In this document: piece by piece, positions 40,451-55,618 of the stretch | Position numbering within the stretch: position 1 is the first letter of the stretch | How the letters are laid out: every line of letters starts with the position of its first letter | Assembly: GCA_951406725.2 (NCBI GenBank) | Contig: OX597829.1 | Location: 2,666,001-2,730,000 of the forward strand | DNA from: Octopus vulgaris | Lineage: Eukaryota | Length of the DNA: 64,000 nt | Direction: 5' to 3' | The notes under the pieces: model-generated | Database searches by the model: none | What the model saw: the letters and a program-made list of their open reading frames with translations, nothing else | Told to the model about the DNA's origin: nothing | Translations under genes and position numbers: made by a program

Positions 40451-40641
40451 ATATATACACATATATATATACATATATATGCATATATATATATATATAT
40501 ATATTAATAGTTATCGCCATACTAATATGGCAGTCTAAATATATGACTAAAGCTGTCGCTGATTAACTCCAAGTATGGCGATAACAATTAATATCCAGTA
40601 ACGCTGCCGTAATCTCCTTTAGAGAGACTTAGTAATTTTAA

Positions 40642-40715
<74 letters not shown>

Positions 40716-41151
40716 CATATATATGCATATATATATACAAATATATACATATATGTATATATTTGTATATATATATATATACATAATGTATTATGTAGAT
40801 AGACAGATAGATAGATAGATAGATAGATCGGGCATTTTGTGTAAGTTTTATAAATACATGGCTTTCCAACAACAGTCTTTCCTCACTCTTTTTCTCTTTC
40901 TCTCCCTCTCTCTTTCTCACTCATTCACGTCTTATTTCATACCTTTGGGCGTCGGCGATAATAGATCTCCACGCCATTTTGTCTTACCTCACGTACGCAC
41001 AGACACAAAAAGAATCCAAATTCACTTGTAGAACAGGTTGTGAAAAACTACTCAGCACTTTTCCTTCTTGACATTTTAATTTCTGGTAATCTTTGATCGT
41101 CTAAAAATTTCGACTGCATTTTCCATTATTACCTTCATTATAGTCACCACT

Positions 41152-41240
<89 letters not shown>

Positions 41241-41254
41241 ACAACAACAACATT

Positions 41255-41867
<613 letters not shown>

Positions 41868-42399
41868 TTTAAAAAACCCCAAATATATGGCACAGAACTT
41901 CCAACCTGTTGTCTCTTGAGGTCTCTGGGTGAGACTTGGAGCCAACTTGTACAGACATAAAGCAAAAGTCAAACATAGAATAATAATAATATTAATAATA
42001 ATAATTAAGGACAACACAGGACAAAACAAAAAATTGTGTGTATATGTGCGTGAGTGTGTGCTGGTGTGAGTGTTTTGCGCGTAAATAAGACCAACAAAAG
42101 TTTTTTAAACCAGTGTGAGTTTTTTTTTCAACTACGGGCGAATCCTCTCTGTTACAGACAAAAGAGCTGAAATTCTAAGGAAAGGGGCTAGGAGATAAAA
42201 GGGTAAACGACGTCGGTGGCGTATGATCTCAGAACATAAAGCCGAATGTCCAGTGTGCTAACGATTTTGCCAGCTAGCCGCTAACAAAATTATGATAATA
42301 ATAATAACAACAATAATAATAATAATAATAATAACAACAACAATAATGATAACAACAACAGCAGCAATAACAACGATAGCAACAACAAAAGACATGACC

Positions 42400-42918
42400 G
42401 ACGCGAATACAAAAGACGACATAACAATGTGAGAAGAATGATCCGTTGGGAAATCCCAGAAAGAATTACTGAGAATAAAGACTGTAAAGTCTTGTGGAAT
42501 GATTCAATGATTCAATGTGACCATCAGTTTAAACATCAGACATTGATATGGTGAACAAAAAAGAAAAAAGAATCTCGCGTGATAATCGACATAGCATGTC
42601 AAAGATAAATAAGAAAAAGGTGAAGAGCTATGATGAATTGAAGTGGACAAAGAAGAAAGTGGACATGATACCAGTAGTAATTGGCACGCTTGGAAGTACC
42701 AGCACTCAACTACCAATATAGCTCAAAAAGATTGGTACAAATATAAAGGTAGAACATCTACAAAACTGACCATTGCTTGGAACCGCAAGAATTCTCCACT
42801 GGGTCCTTGGAGCATGATCAGTAAACAAGTGCTGCCTTAGTCTGTTGGTTATGAACAGCTGACACTTTACACCCAACAAAATAAGTTGAAAGTTTTCGTC
42901 AAATAATAATAATAATAA
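42400..42918 (+). mobile_element. R4/Dong-like LINE 3' remnant ending in (AAT)n
   Basis: EYKRRHNNV, IIDIAC, IPVVIGTLG, LLGTARIL; similar to 18930-19450. Confidence 0.72.
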
Positions 42919-42924
42919 TATTGG

Positions 42925-43135
42925 TTTCAAATTTTGGCACAAAGCCAGCAGTTTCAGAGTAGGGGGAAATCGATTACATCGACCCCAGTGTTCAACTGAT
43001 ACTTATTTTGTCGATCCTGAAAAGATGAAATGCAAAGTGGACCTCGGCGAAACTTGAACCAAGTATTCAAAGCCCGAACAAATGAGGTGAAGCATTTTGT
43101 CCAGAGGACTAAAGATTCTGCTGGCTAGATACCTT
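42925..43135 (-). mobile_element. SINE family B variant
   Basis: TCGATTACATCGACCCCAGTG...GATGAAATGCAAAGTGGACCTCGGCG. Confidence 0.78.
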
Positions 43136-43485
43136 ATGAAAACAATACTTCGTTTCTTATTGAATTACAAGGTATAGGATTTGTTGGGAGGGGATAAGCC
43201 TGTGGAATCAATCCCCAGTAATTTACTGGTACGTTATTTTGTCGTAAAAGTAAATTCGAATCTTTAGTATTTTAACTCAGAACATAAAGAACAGTAACAA
43301 ATACATTTTTCCGCTGCTTTGACGATTCTGTCAGTTCCAGAGTAATTCGATTCATTAAAAAATTTATAAATAGTTTGACTAATAAAACATTCTTTTTAAC
43401 GAAAGATTTGCAATGGGTAGTTGTAAAAAAGAGGCAAAATGTGAAAGCCGAAAAAGGCAACTAGGAATTTTTGTCTTGTCACTCG

Positions 43486-43536
<51 letters not shown>

Positions 43537-43562
43537 AATGTATATAAATTTCGATTCATATA

Positions 43563-43601
<39 letters not shown>

Positions 43602-43694
43602 GCAAACAGACATATATGGATATGTGTACATATAAATGTACATATACATATATACACAGACACTCACATTCACGCACACGTAGATATACATATA

Positions 43695-43783
<89 letters not shown>

Positions 43784-43831
43784 GTATATATAGATAGATA
43801 GATACACAGATAGACAGACAGATAGAGATAG

Positions 43832-43898
<67 letters not shown>

Positions 43899-44168
43899 CA
43901 CCTGAACTTCATTACTTTACAACTGTTTCCGCTATAAGATGCAGTGTACTCTTAGCTGAGTACCTGAATAACATCCTATATCTTCATCGGGATCTTGATT
44001 ATGAAATGCAGTTGATGTGGGGGTGGGGAGAATTACATTTTTGCAATATACAGGGAAGGCATTACCAGTGATAAAGTCATTGCTGATGTATATAAAAAGT
44101 GTTCGTATATCCAAAAGGAAATTAGTTTTACTAAAGGAACGATTAGAAAAATATATTGTAAAAATGTA

Positions 44169-44242
<74 letters not shown>

Positions 44243-44355
44243 GGATGGATGGATGGATGGATGGATGGATGGATGGATGGATGGATGGATGGATGGATGG
44301 ATGGATAGAGAGATAAATGGATGGATGGATGGATGGATGGATGGATGGATGGATG

Positions 44356-44402
<47 letters not shown>

Positions 44403-44487
44403 GGATGAATGGATGGATGGATGGATGGATAGATAGATAGATAGATAGACAGATAGACAGATAGATAGATAGATATATGGATGGATG

Positions 44488-44569
<82 letters not shown>

Positions 44570-44635
44570 CAGATAGACAGATAGATAGATAGATGGATGG
44601 ATGGATGGATGGATGGATGGATGGATGGATGGATA
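44169..44635. repeat. Compound (GATA)n/(GGAT)n microsatellite
   Basis: Directly visible. Confidence 0.97.
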
Positions 44636-45149
44636 TATATGTTTATATTGTTGTAGCTTTTAGCAAACAAAGAGAGATAACGAAAAAGAAGAAAGTAACG
44701 ACAATAAGTATGAACTAAGACTATTTAGGTGTATCGCATTAGTATATGTATGATATGCAGTTTTCGTCATGGTTCAGGGCCAAAGAATTTGATCGATGAT
44801 ACACATGAGAGCCTGTACTGGTTGTCGAACAGAATTAGCAGTCAAGCGTGGCACACGTATACACTCATACACACACATACATGTACATACACACATACAT
44901 ATACCGATATAAATACACACACACTCCATACACACACACATATACTTGTATACATAAATTACATACATAGGTATATACATGTATGTATGCATGTGTGTAT
45001 ATATACATAGATACCGTTTAGATGACCTATATATGTGTATAGACCACGTGATTAGGTAACCGACCATGTGACAATGCAAAAGTGCATTGGTTTATTCTTT
45101 AAATAACCAACATTCCCCACGTCTACCCCTATAGTAGAAAGGATTATTA

Positions 45150-45226
<77 letters not shown>

Positions 45227-45239
45227 TTCATGAGCATCA

Positions 45240-46400
45240 TCTTTCAAATCTGTTTCTATTTCTTGATGAGTGTCTTCCTGACACCTAGGGCAAAGAGACG
45301 TACTGTATACATCGGTAGGCCATTAAAATATATACACCATTTGTTCATTTACAAAGTCATGTGATAGAGAAAAAGGGGAAGAATGACCGAGAGGAAAATG
45401 AGAAAATAAAAAAATAAAAAAGGAAAATAAAACAAAGGGAGATAAACGAAAGAAAATTCGCCGCGACAGTGCTCTTCTCGATATGTATGACGTACCAGTT
45501 AAGACACTGTTTTGCACTTCCTGCATGGATGGTAAGCCAGGGATCATTCTTAAATAATTTTCAGTTTCTTTTTTGATCATTCCAAGTGCTCCTACAATCA
45601 TTGGTATTGTAATCGTCTTGAAATGCTATCTTTACTCACAACATTCATGTCATTTGGTATGGCTACATCAATGATCTGACAGAATTTGTCTCTCTTCTTC
45701 AGTATGACAATAACCGGCCGATGGTGTTCGATTACACGATCCATCTGAAAATCATAGAGTATCGTTACTTTTCCATCTTCCTGCATAACTTTACTTGGTA
45801 CACGCTCTTACCAGCTCTCTGTTACTTCATGTTGGTATTTACAGCATAAGAGCCAATGAAGATACACACACACTTTATCGTGGTAGCACTTGTATTCTTT
45901 TTGTGCAAGGCTTTCGCATCCCCTTACCAAGTGGGTTACATTTTCTACACTCTTTCCACAGAATCTGCATTTGGTAGTGAAAGCCTGGTCTTGTGCAGCA
46001 ATGATCAGGCTTTCGGCGGTACGCTTCAAATCACCTTAACGTCTTGTGTATCCCTTTCAAACTGTCCATGCATTCCCATTTCAAGGTCTTCTTTTCTCTT
46101 CTCCTCAGCTCTTTAGTTAAACTCTTCTTCGCTCATCATTCCATCTACATTTACATCCATGTCTTTCGCGGCATATTGCAGCAGGTCTTCATCACTATTT
46201 AACAAATACTCGGCAAGCTTTCCCCTTTCACTCCTTATACAATGCTCTATACTAATTAGTATTTCTTTTCATATACAGTCTGTTTACGTTTAGTTTAGGG
46301 AGTAGCGCTCCATGCTGCGCCATCGACTTTCTCGTCCTTCTATCCAGTGTTGATATTTCCTTATTAGTCCGTTTCAGGATGGACTCACTATATCTGACCA
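45240..46400 (-). mobile_element. R4/Dong-like LINE 3' portion with 3' UTR, within (TAA)n
   Basis: TAESLIIAAQDQA, CRFCG..ENVTHLVRGC..LAQKEYK.YHDKV, HHRPVIV, IIDVAIP, IVGALGMI. Confidence 0.85.
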
Positions 46401-46429
46401 TTATTATTATCATTGTTATTGCTGTTCTA

Positions 46430-47114
<685 letters not shown>

Positions 47115-47878
47115 TCTTGGTGTTGTTGATTAGTTCCAGGCCATCAAATATTTGCTATAATTTACGATAAATATTTTTCTTTCGTTATTTTTGCATAATA
47201 CTACTTTTTTTTTAACCAAGGATGCTTCAATAAAAATTCTTTACCAAACAATGATGAATTAGGATCTTGATTTCATTCCCCTAAGAACTACCAATACGAA
47301 CAATCGTTAAATGTTTAAAAGATAAATATTTAAAGATTTATTGGAAGCCAATGATATTTGAATGATAAACAACACTCAGACATTTATGAGTAAAGGAAGA
47401 TTTTGAGGGGAAAAAATCAATGATAGTAAAAAGCTGAACCCTAGTGACTGATCTCTTAAGCTTTTCCTTTCGTCTTCCAAAAATATATGAATATTTTAAT
47501 CAGTTCTTTTAAGAAAATTTTTTTTAAAACTTTATAAACACGAATAGAAAAGTTTTCCTCAAGTATTTTTCAGCGGAAATATAAAGAACTATATGGTTTG
47601 TTCGGAAATTGTAGATGTTTTAAATAGAATGATGAGTGGAGAAAATGTAAAATTTATAATAAATAATCGAATTTACAAGTAAGCATATCAGATCACATAC
47701 AAAGTTACCAAAGTTACCAAAGAGAGTGGAAAATTTGTCAAAATTATTACCTGCTAAATGTTTTCTTTTACGTCATACCAAACATTTTTCGATTTCTTAA
47801 AATCACTTTTACCCTCCTCAATGTTTTTAATATTATCATTATTATTACTATTATTATTACTATTATTATTATTATTTT

Positions 47879-47927
<49 letters not shown>

Positions 47928-48015
47928 TGTAGAAGTGTTGCAGTAGCTGCTGTTGTTGGTTGTGAAGGTATTTGCTGTTTGTGATAGAAATATATATTTA
48001 ATAATGCTACCATTT

Positions 48016-49515
48016 TCAACTTTTTGAGATATTCATTGCTAATTTTTTTTCTATTTTAATAGTCTGTTTCTTTGTCACAGGTTTAAGTAACTGTTCTTGT
48101 TTCAAAAGCCATTTTTTTTTCTTGCTTTGCAGGAATTCTTTTGTTTTTTCATTGGCTTTTAACTTTGCATTATAACTGACATGCGGAAGATTACGATAAT
48201 AGTACCAATTGAGCTGATCAACGTTTTGGATTAGCGTTCTGTTTCTTAACGATTCTTCTAAGCAGTCTAATACTATAGAATCGGTATCTTCGTAGAATTT
48301 GTTAGCTACTATTTCAGGACGGCTATTGAGCCATGGAAGATCTCCTACGCTAAAAATACATACACTACGAATCAATTTACCGAAACATTTAAAGGGATCC
48401 CAACTCCATATCACAGCTTTTGAGGCATGACTATATTTATCGTGACGAATTTCAATGCCACTAGAGCCACCAGGGGAAAATTCTAGAGAATTAAGAGTTG
48501 CCCAGATATTTTCTTCAGGTGAATATGTATCATTCATCCAATTAAAAATGGTTTTTACAACATCGTCCTCTAAAATAAATTCAATAAATTCTCGTGAAAA
48601 CATCCCATAGGCACTTCCTTTATACAACTGTATTTGATATTTCAATGGTATTTTACTTTCCTTTGTTTGACTTGATGATTTCTCATTGATTTTTATTTTA
48701 TATTTTACACGCCAATCTAAATGTTTGGGGTGCTTGTATGATTCAATATCGTTAGTTCCATTGAAAACCTTCAGAATTTCAACTAATTCCAGGTTTGTCT
48801 TCAATGGAAATTCTTGCCCAGTAAGATTTATGTAGTATTTCCATTTTACATTTGATTTGGTGCACGCCTTCATGCATTCTACTTCAGCTTGTAAATGCCT
48901 AAAAGTAGCATATACAACATTTATTCGATTCTCTGCAAGTACAACGTTCGGAAGACAGGTGCTGATGCTTTTTATCAGTTCAAATGTATTGTTATCAGCC
49001 TTCGCATCAACATGTATGCAATAAACATTATGAGGTAAGTAGATTGCTCTCAATAATCTTTCGAATTGGTTTGGTGCTGTATGTATTTTAATGGCAAAAG
49101 CGATTGGATAATCGAGCTCCATCGGGGTAACTGGTTTGCTAAAATATCCATGTGATTGACGGAACTTGGTGCAATTTTTTACAAGTTCCTTCAAGCTGCA
49201 AGTGGAATCCATGTTTTTATCTTCTTTCATTAAGTTAACCTCATTGATGTAATCAGGATCTCCTCTAAATAGAAGCTTGCAATTTACCTTTTTTTTTCTG
49301 TGGGGTGCACATTCCAATGATTTATTATTAAATTCGAGAATGTGTGTTGTCGATTCTATATGTGACCCATAGCGCCTAACTTTGTGATTTTGAAGTTTAG
49401 AACGAGTGTCCATGTTCGTTGTACAAAACTTAGTGGTATTCCATTTGTCCCAAAGCATCAGTGTGATTGCGCTGTACGTAAGCAGAACAAGTATAAATAT
49501 TTTCGTCTTCTTCAT
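48016..49515 (-). CDS. GCNT1: Core-2/I-branching beta-1,6-N-acetylglucosaminyltransferase (glycosyltransferase family 14; GCNT1/3/4-like, exact paralogue not assignable), 499 aa
   Basis: Uninterrupted ORF from ATG 49515; N-terminal type II TM (IFILVLLTYSAITLMLW); motifs FERLLRAIYLPHNVYCIHVD, WKYYINLTGQEFPLKTNLELV, KGSAYG, DTYSPEE.IWATL, RSVCIFSVGDLPWL, ANKF. Confidence 0.93.
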   Translation of the reverse strand: MKKTKIFILVLLTYSAITLMLWDKWNTTKFCTTNMDTRSKLQNHKVRRYGSHIESTTHILEFNNKSLECAPHRKKKVNCKLLFRGDPDYINEVNLMKEDKNMDSTCSLKELVKNCTKFRQSHGYFSKPVTPMELDYPIAFAIKIHTAPNQFERLLRAIYLPHNVYCIHVDAKADNNTFELIKSISTCLPNVVLAENRINVVYATFRHLQAEVECMKACTKSNVKWKYYINLTGQEFPLKTNLELVEILKVFNGTNDIESYKHPKHLDWRVKYKIKINEKSSSQTKESKIPLKYQIQLYKGSAYGMFSREFIEFILEDDVVKTIFNWMNDTYSPEENIWATLNSLEFSPGGSSGIEIRHDKYSHASKAVIWSWDPFKCFGKLIRSVCIFSVGDLPWLNSRPEIVANKFYEDTDSIVLDCLEESLRNRTLIQNVDQLNWYYYRNLPHVSYNAKLKANEKTKEFLQSKKKKWLLKQEQLLKPVTKKQTIKIEKKLAMNISKS

Positions 49516-49519
49516 AATT

Positions 49520-49545
49520 CTGTTTAACGAAAGCAAAAAAGTAAA
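49520..49545 (-). promoter_or_regulatory. Putative splice acceptor of the GCNT coding exon
   Basis: Minus strand TTTACTTTTTTGCTTTCGTTAAACAG|AATTATG, 4 nt before the ATG. Confidence 0.65.
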
Positions 49546-50757
49546 TGAATTTATTAAAATAAATAATGGTAGAATAAAATGAAAATATTAAAGGAATAAT
49601 AAATGAATGTAGATGAAAGTATAAATTATTCTTGTGATATTTTAGTAACAGTAATAATTTAAAATCTATAAACATTCTTCATAGTGTCTGAAAAAATTCC
49701 TCGATTATGATTCTTTCTGAAGAAAGAATCATAAGAGTTATTTTAATTGATTATTAATTAGCATTTAATGAAATATATTCTACGATTACTCATTTACGTT
49801 TCTAAGAGTACCAAAATTCTGTAATATTATTAGTGTATTCTCATTATGATAGAAATATTTAGATTGAATGAGACGCTTTATTTGTACAATTGTGTATGGA
49901 AATACGCTGCAGTGGTATCCGTACTCATGTATTACTACTGAATGCTACTTATTTATATTGGGGAATATGATAGGAATATTATATTTCAATAGCGAGATAA
50001 CCTCTTCAAGTTTGCTCGACCTGAAAGAAATAGCAGCTAAACTTATATATCATCCTAGCGATTTTTTTGTTAAATGTAAGACGCGGTCTCCTTGGCTGTC
50101 AGAATTCGTCCGTTGCGCTTCTTGTACAAGAAGTAACGAACTATTCATGGCGGGCCAGTATCATGGTGGCGATTCGGACAGCTATCTCTTACGCCAAGGT
50201 CAAGATTCTCTTACTCTGATCTCCAGTCACTTTGTTCTGCTCTTATTGGATGAACTCCGGCGGCAGACGCAGTCAGAACACCTGCTGTGTCTCTTCTTCC
50301 CACTAGCCACGGTCTCGTAATCTCTGCTATTGCTGTTCATGTCATGTCTTAGGACCTTTACAGTATTCACAGAGCATTCTGTAGTAATAATGATGTTCGC
50401 ATTTTGATACCCAGCGCAAATCATCACGATATAGGTGACTTCTAGAATTCAGCTGGCTTCCAGGCCTCCATATCAGATAACTTTTTCTCATTTTCAACAT
50501 TAGAACTCCTTAGAATCTACTATTTCTGCGGATAACAGAAACGAAAACTTTGTGATCAAGGAGTATCATCTGCCTAAATTGATTTCATCATGATTTTGAA
50601 GCCAAAATACAGTACCAGTTATTCCATCCAACGGTTTCAAAGTGAGTGTGAAAATAATATAATTTTTAAAATTGTGTGTGTGTGTTTGTGCGTGTGCGCG
50701 TATGAAACATACATACATGTCTATACACACACACATATATACATATATAAATATGTA

Positions 50758-51125
50758 GGCGCAGGATTTCCGGGTTCAGTCCTGCTGCGTGTCACCTTGG
50801 GCAAGTGTCTTCTACTATAGCCTCAGGCCGACCAAAGCATTGTGAGTGGATTTGGTAGACGGAAACTGAAAGAAGCCCGTCGTGTATATGTATATATATG
50901 TGTGTGTGTATGTGTGTGTATATGTTGTGTCTGTGTTTGCCCCCCCCCCCCCCAACATCGCTTGACAACCGATGCTGGTGTGTTTACGTCCCCATAACTT
51001 AGCGGTTCGGCAAAACGAGACCGATAGAATAAGTACTAGGCTTGCAAAAAAATAAGTCCTGGGGTCGATTTGCTCGACTAAAGCGGTGCTCCAGCATGAC
51101 CACAGTCAAATGACTGAAACAAATG
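50758..51125 (+). mobile_element. SINE family A
   Basis: Homologous to 2803-3188, with a deletion in the head. Confidence 0.88.
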
Positions 51126-51300
51126 ACTTTAATATATATACATACATACATACATACATGCATACATACATACATACATACATACATACATACATACATA
51201 CATACATACATACATACATACATGCATACATACATACATACATACATACATACATACATACATACATACGCAGATACATCCTTGCTCTTACACGCATGCG

Positions 51301-51333
<33 letters not shown>

Positions 51334-51654
51334 GCACACACACACACACACAGTTCAAAATTTGCGCCGGAAGCACAACTCGTTGCCAAAAGGTAGAGGC
51401 ACATAAAATAAATTTCGCACTCCGCTCCTGTACTCCATGTGGCTTGACGATAATCTTCACAATTCCAGACAGGCCAGAGTCCACGCGTCGTAAACAAAAG
51501 AAACACTGAATACGTAAACGGAATCTGTGCTCTATGTAATTTTTTAAAGTGTTTCAGAAAGCCAGCCACCGTAGATGACAAGAGCATAAAAGCCCTATTA
51601 CGCGACAAATGCGCCCAGGCGCGCTTTGTGGGCATTATTAACGTAAAAAGAAAA

Positions 51655-51870
51655 GGCGGCGAGCTGCAGAATCGTTAGCACACTGGGGAGAATGCTTAGC
51701 GGCATTCCGCCTGTCCTTACATTCTGAGTTCATATTCCGCCGAGGTCGATTTTGTCTTTCATCGTTTCAGTGTTCATAAAATAAGAACCAGTTGAGAACT
51801 GGAGTTGATGTAATCGACTAACCCACTCCTCCAAATTTGGGATCTTGTGCCTAAAGAAGGAAGAATTATT
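51655..51870 (+). mobile_element. SINE family B
   Basis: GGCGGCGAGCTGCAGAATCGTTAGCAC...TTCTGAGTTCATATTCCGCCGAGGTCGA. Confidence 0.85.
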
Positions 51871-52159
51871 AGCATAAACACAACACGAAGAAAACAACAG
51901 ACCGATATATACACCAGTATGGCGTCAGGTTATCGTAAATGAACAGAGAAGAGGGAGAAGAAAATGAGAAGCTATGAGTTTGTCTGCTGGTGTACATAGG
52001 ACCTGTTTCTTCATCTGTATGTTTGTTAATAATGTCAATGGAATGATTTGGTTGCATTTGTTGCATAACTGGGCCATTATGCGCACGTGGTTTATGGTGT
52101 CCGGATTTCTGAGACATTTTTACGTTTTCTCTGTTACCTTATACATGTGTAAGAAATTT

Positions 52160-52296
52160 GCTTCCTAACCACATGGTTCCGGATTGTCCTATTGCGTGGC
52201 TCTAGGGCAAATGTCTTCTGCTACAGCTTCGGACTGACCAAAGCCTTGTGAGTGGATTTGGCAGACGGAAACTGAAAGAAGCTCCTTATATGTTTG

Positions 52297-52336
<40 letters not shown>

Positions 52337-52346
52337 CGCGCGTTTT

Positions 52347-52377
<31 letters not shown>

Positions 52378-52470
52378 TTTTGTGTCTGTGTTTGTTCCAC
52401 ACCACCGCTTGGCAAAACAGACCGATAGAATAAGTACCAGGTTTAAAAATATATGTACTTGGCCATAGCT
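52160..52470 (+). mobile_element. SINE family A (5'-truncated)
   Basis: AACCACATGGTTCCGG...GACGGAAACTGAAAGAAGC...GACCGATAGAATAAGTAC. Confidence 0.82.
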
Positions 52471-52474
52471 GACC

Positions 52475-54655
52475 TGACTTCATCATGAGCCACCACCTTG
52501 AAATTAAACATAAAAAGTGACTGTATTATCACTGATAGAATACAATATCGCAAAGGCATGTTCCAAGGAGACAGCCTCTCTGTGATATTGTTTATACTTT
52601 CTGAAATGCTTTTCATGTTAAGGAAGTCTGAAAGATATCTCACTGGTTCACAAGGAAACAGAAATACCAAAATTACAAACTGTTTCTTTGTGGGTGACTT
52701 TAAACTTTATGCAAAGAATATGCATGAGATGAAAAAGAGCCTTGACCTAGTTACAGCATTCTCAAAGGATGTAGGATTGGAGTTTGGTCAGGATAAATGT
52801 TCTTATAAGGTTGTGAAAAGGGGGAAGACTACAAACCAGTCTAGTAACATCTCCATCAATGATTTGATTGTTTCCCCTTTATCTGACGAGGGACAGGTAT
52901 CTAGGTATAGATAAAAGAATATTGCAACCGAATAAAGAAAATTTGAACCTGAGAACTCTCTGCATTGAAAGAAAACAGTGGCTCACAATGTATTTGCAGT
53001 GCCAGTACTCATACCAACATTTGGGCTACTTGATTGGACTCTTGATGAGATCCGAGCCATTGATGTGGAAACCCGAAAAATACTAACAAGCACACATAAT
53101 TTCCACATAAACAGTGATGTAGACCGCCTCTACCTAAAACGAAAACGATGTGGAAGAGGCTTAACATCGAGTCAAAATACCTTTGTATGTCTCATCATAT
53201 ACCTTCGATAACATCTTTTAACCACCAAGTGTCGAAGTGCATCCCTTGACCAAGTTCGCATACATGAGGTTGATAACATCATAAGACTGGGAAGGCAACT
53301 CCTTGAGCAACTCTCTTTGTCTGATAACCTAGAATACATGCTCAAAGAAGCCGCACGATTCTACCGCCACGTATCATCAGACGAAAGGATGAGCCTGTAT
53401 GAGCAGAAGACTACGCATGGATATGTTAGTAGAAAGCTCCGTGATGATCGCATCGATCATCAAAGCAGTTTATCATGAACTAGTAGCCGGATTACTTTGA
53501 AGAGTATGCGTTTGCAATCCAGGAACAGGAAATATCAACGAAGTACCTGACGCACAAAAGGGATAGAGATGCAGGTAAAGGCGTAAAATGTGACAACAGA
53601 TGCAGACAATGTGGCGTTTGCACTAAAGGTATCACTGACATCATAAACAGTTGTCCGAAAATGTCATCAAGGTATTATCTACCGATGGGACATGATTTGT
53701 AGCTAAGACACTCTATAATGAAATCCGTCGGAAGGATAACCCTGAGGACAAAGAAATAAGAACCCACAATATAGTAGAAGCCATAGCCACTTGTAATAAA
53801 AAGGAATACTTGTAGAATGTACCAGTGAAGACCTCAACAAAATGTAAACGCAACAGACCTGATATAATGATTTGGGATGGAGAAGAGAAACTGTTCACAG
53901 TTGTGGAAATTAGCTGCCAAACGAATGTTAAGATAAAACAAGATCAGTGAACAAGAGAACTCCTATACTGAACTATTGAGAAATCTGCTGTTACTCTATC
54001 CAGATTAAAGGTTCTGGTTTATACCTGTAATTACTTAGGCCCTGGGATATGTAATACATTGCCTAAATACCAATCTTGAGAAATTAGGCTTCTCAAAACC
54101 AGAAAGGAGAAAGCTACTTCGAAGACTACAGAACCAATCCATCACTGGAACTCAAAAAATCTGTAAAAACCTGTAAAACTTACCAGAAGTTTATCTTTTA
54201 AATATTTATGAGCACGTCTAGCTATGCAATTATACGCATGAGAATACATATATAAAACATACAAATCTGCACATCCATCCATCCATCCATACATACATAC
54301 ATACATACATACATACATACATACATACATACATACATACATAAATACACACGTACATACGTACATACATACATACATTAATACATACAAAAATACTCTG
54401 TTGATATTGAAATTCAAATGAAATAACCTTGAATCTAGGTTAGAAACTGGTTCTTTCTCTATTAGCAAGAAATCTTGAAATAAACTGAATAATGACATAC
54501 ATATATACATACATCAGCACATATACATACATACATACATACAAAAATACCATATTGTTGATGTTGAAATTCCAGTGAAGGACCCTTGGATCAAGGTTAG
54601 AAACCAGCTCTTTCTCTGTTTGCAAGAATTCTTGAAATAAAATTGAATAATGGTA
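52475..54655 (+). mobile_element. R4/Dong-like LINE family A (RT to probable 3' UTR), decayed, with a duplicated downstream segment
   Basis: KGMFQGDSLSVILF, FVGDFKLYA, SDVDRLYLKRKRCGRGL, NRPDIMIWD; ~160-bp segment repeated at ~54385-54500 and ~54545-54655. Confidence 0.85.
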
Positions 54656-55404
54656 TACATACATGTGTATGTATATTATGTGCATATATATATATATGCG
54701 TATATATGCATATAGATATACAACACACACATATGTATACATATGTATAAATATAGAATATGAAGGGTTTAGTTCACTTGTGATCTAAACGAATATGTTC
54801 GCTAGGTAAGTGCTACAGTTGGTCGACCATTATGTTCCAAGATCACAGCTAAGGCTGGATCTAGGGATCCGTTTTAGGGTTCCATTATAGCAAGTATATC
54901 TTATGCACGAATATATGTATACGTATATATGTGTGTGCGTGTGTGTATGTGTATATTTATGTGTATGTATATTATATATAAATATCTGCACGCGCGTGTG
55001 TGTGTGCGTGTGTGTATGAATGTGTGTGTGTGTGTGTGTGTGTGTGTCCCCGTTTGTGTAAGTGGCCACATACATGTACACATTCTGTGATTATCATGCC
55101 TCTGTATCTATTACTAATACATCAACTGGCGTTTTATAAATAGGTACAAAAGACCAGACAGCTATTATGCACTATCGTAACCAGAGATGCACTATATCAT
55201 TAACAAGTGTTTCACCAGCTTGTGCGACTAATTGCATTCTACACATCACTCTAATTACATGTTATCTTAATCATTTCGTGGGGATGAGGGTGGGGTTTGA
55301 ACCTTCCAATATAGAAACTTAACACTCACATAATATTCTAATGATATAATATATACGTGTATGTGTACATGTATGTGTGCGTGCGTGTAATTGTATACCT
55401 ATGC

Positions 55405-55454
<50 letters not shown>

Positions 55455-55509
55455 ATATTTCAGAATGGTCATTTTGCCAGTTTAGCCAATAAATAATCTT
55501 TCACAACAA

Positions 55510-55618
<109 letters not shown>

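Noticed and set aside
49516-49536. TTG-initiated N-terminal extension of the GCNT ORF in the supplied track
   Set aside because: This is a eukaryotic gene; the segment overlaps a splice acceptor and the ATG at 49515 is the likely start
49868-50427. 150-aa and 66-aa ORFs upstream of GCNT
   Set aside because: No recognisable domain or supporting exon structure
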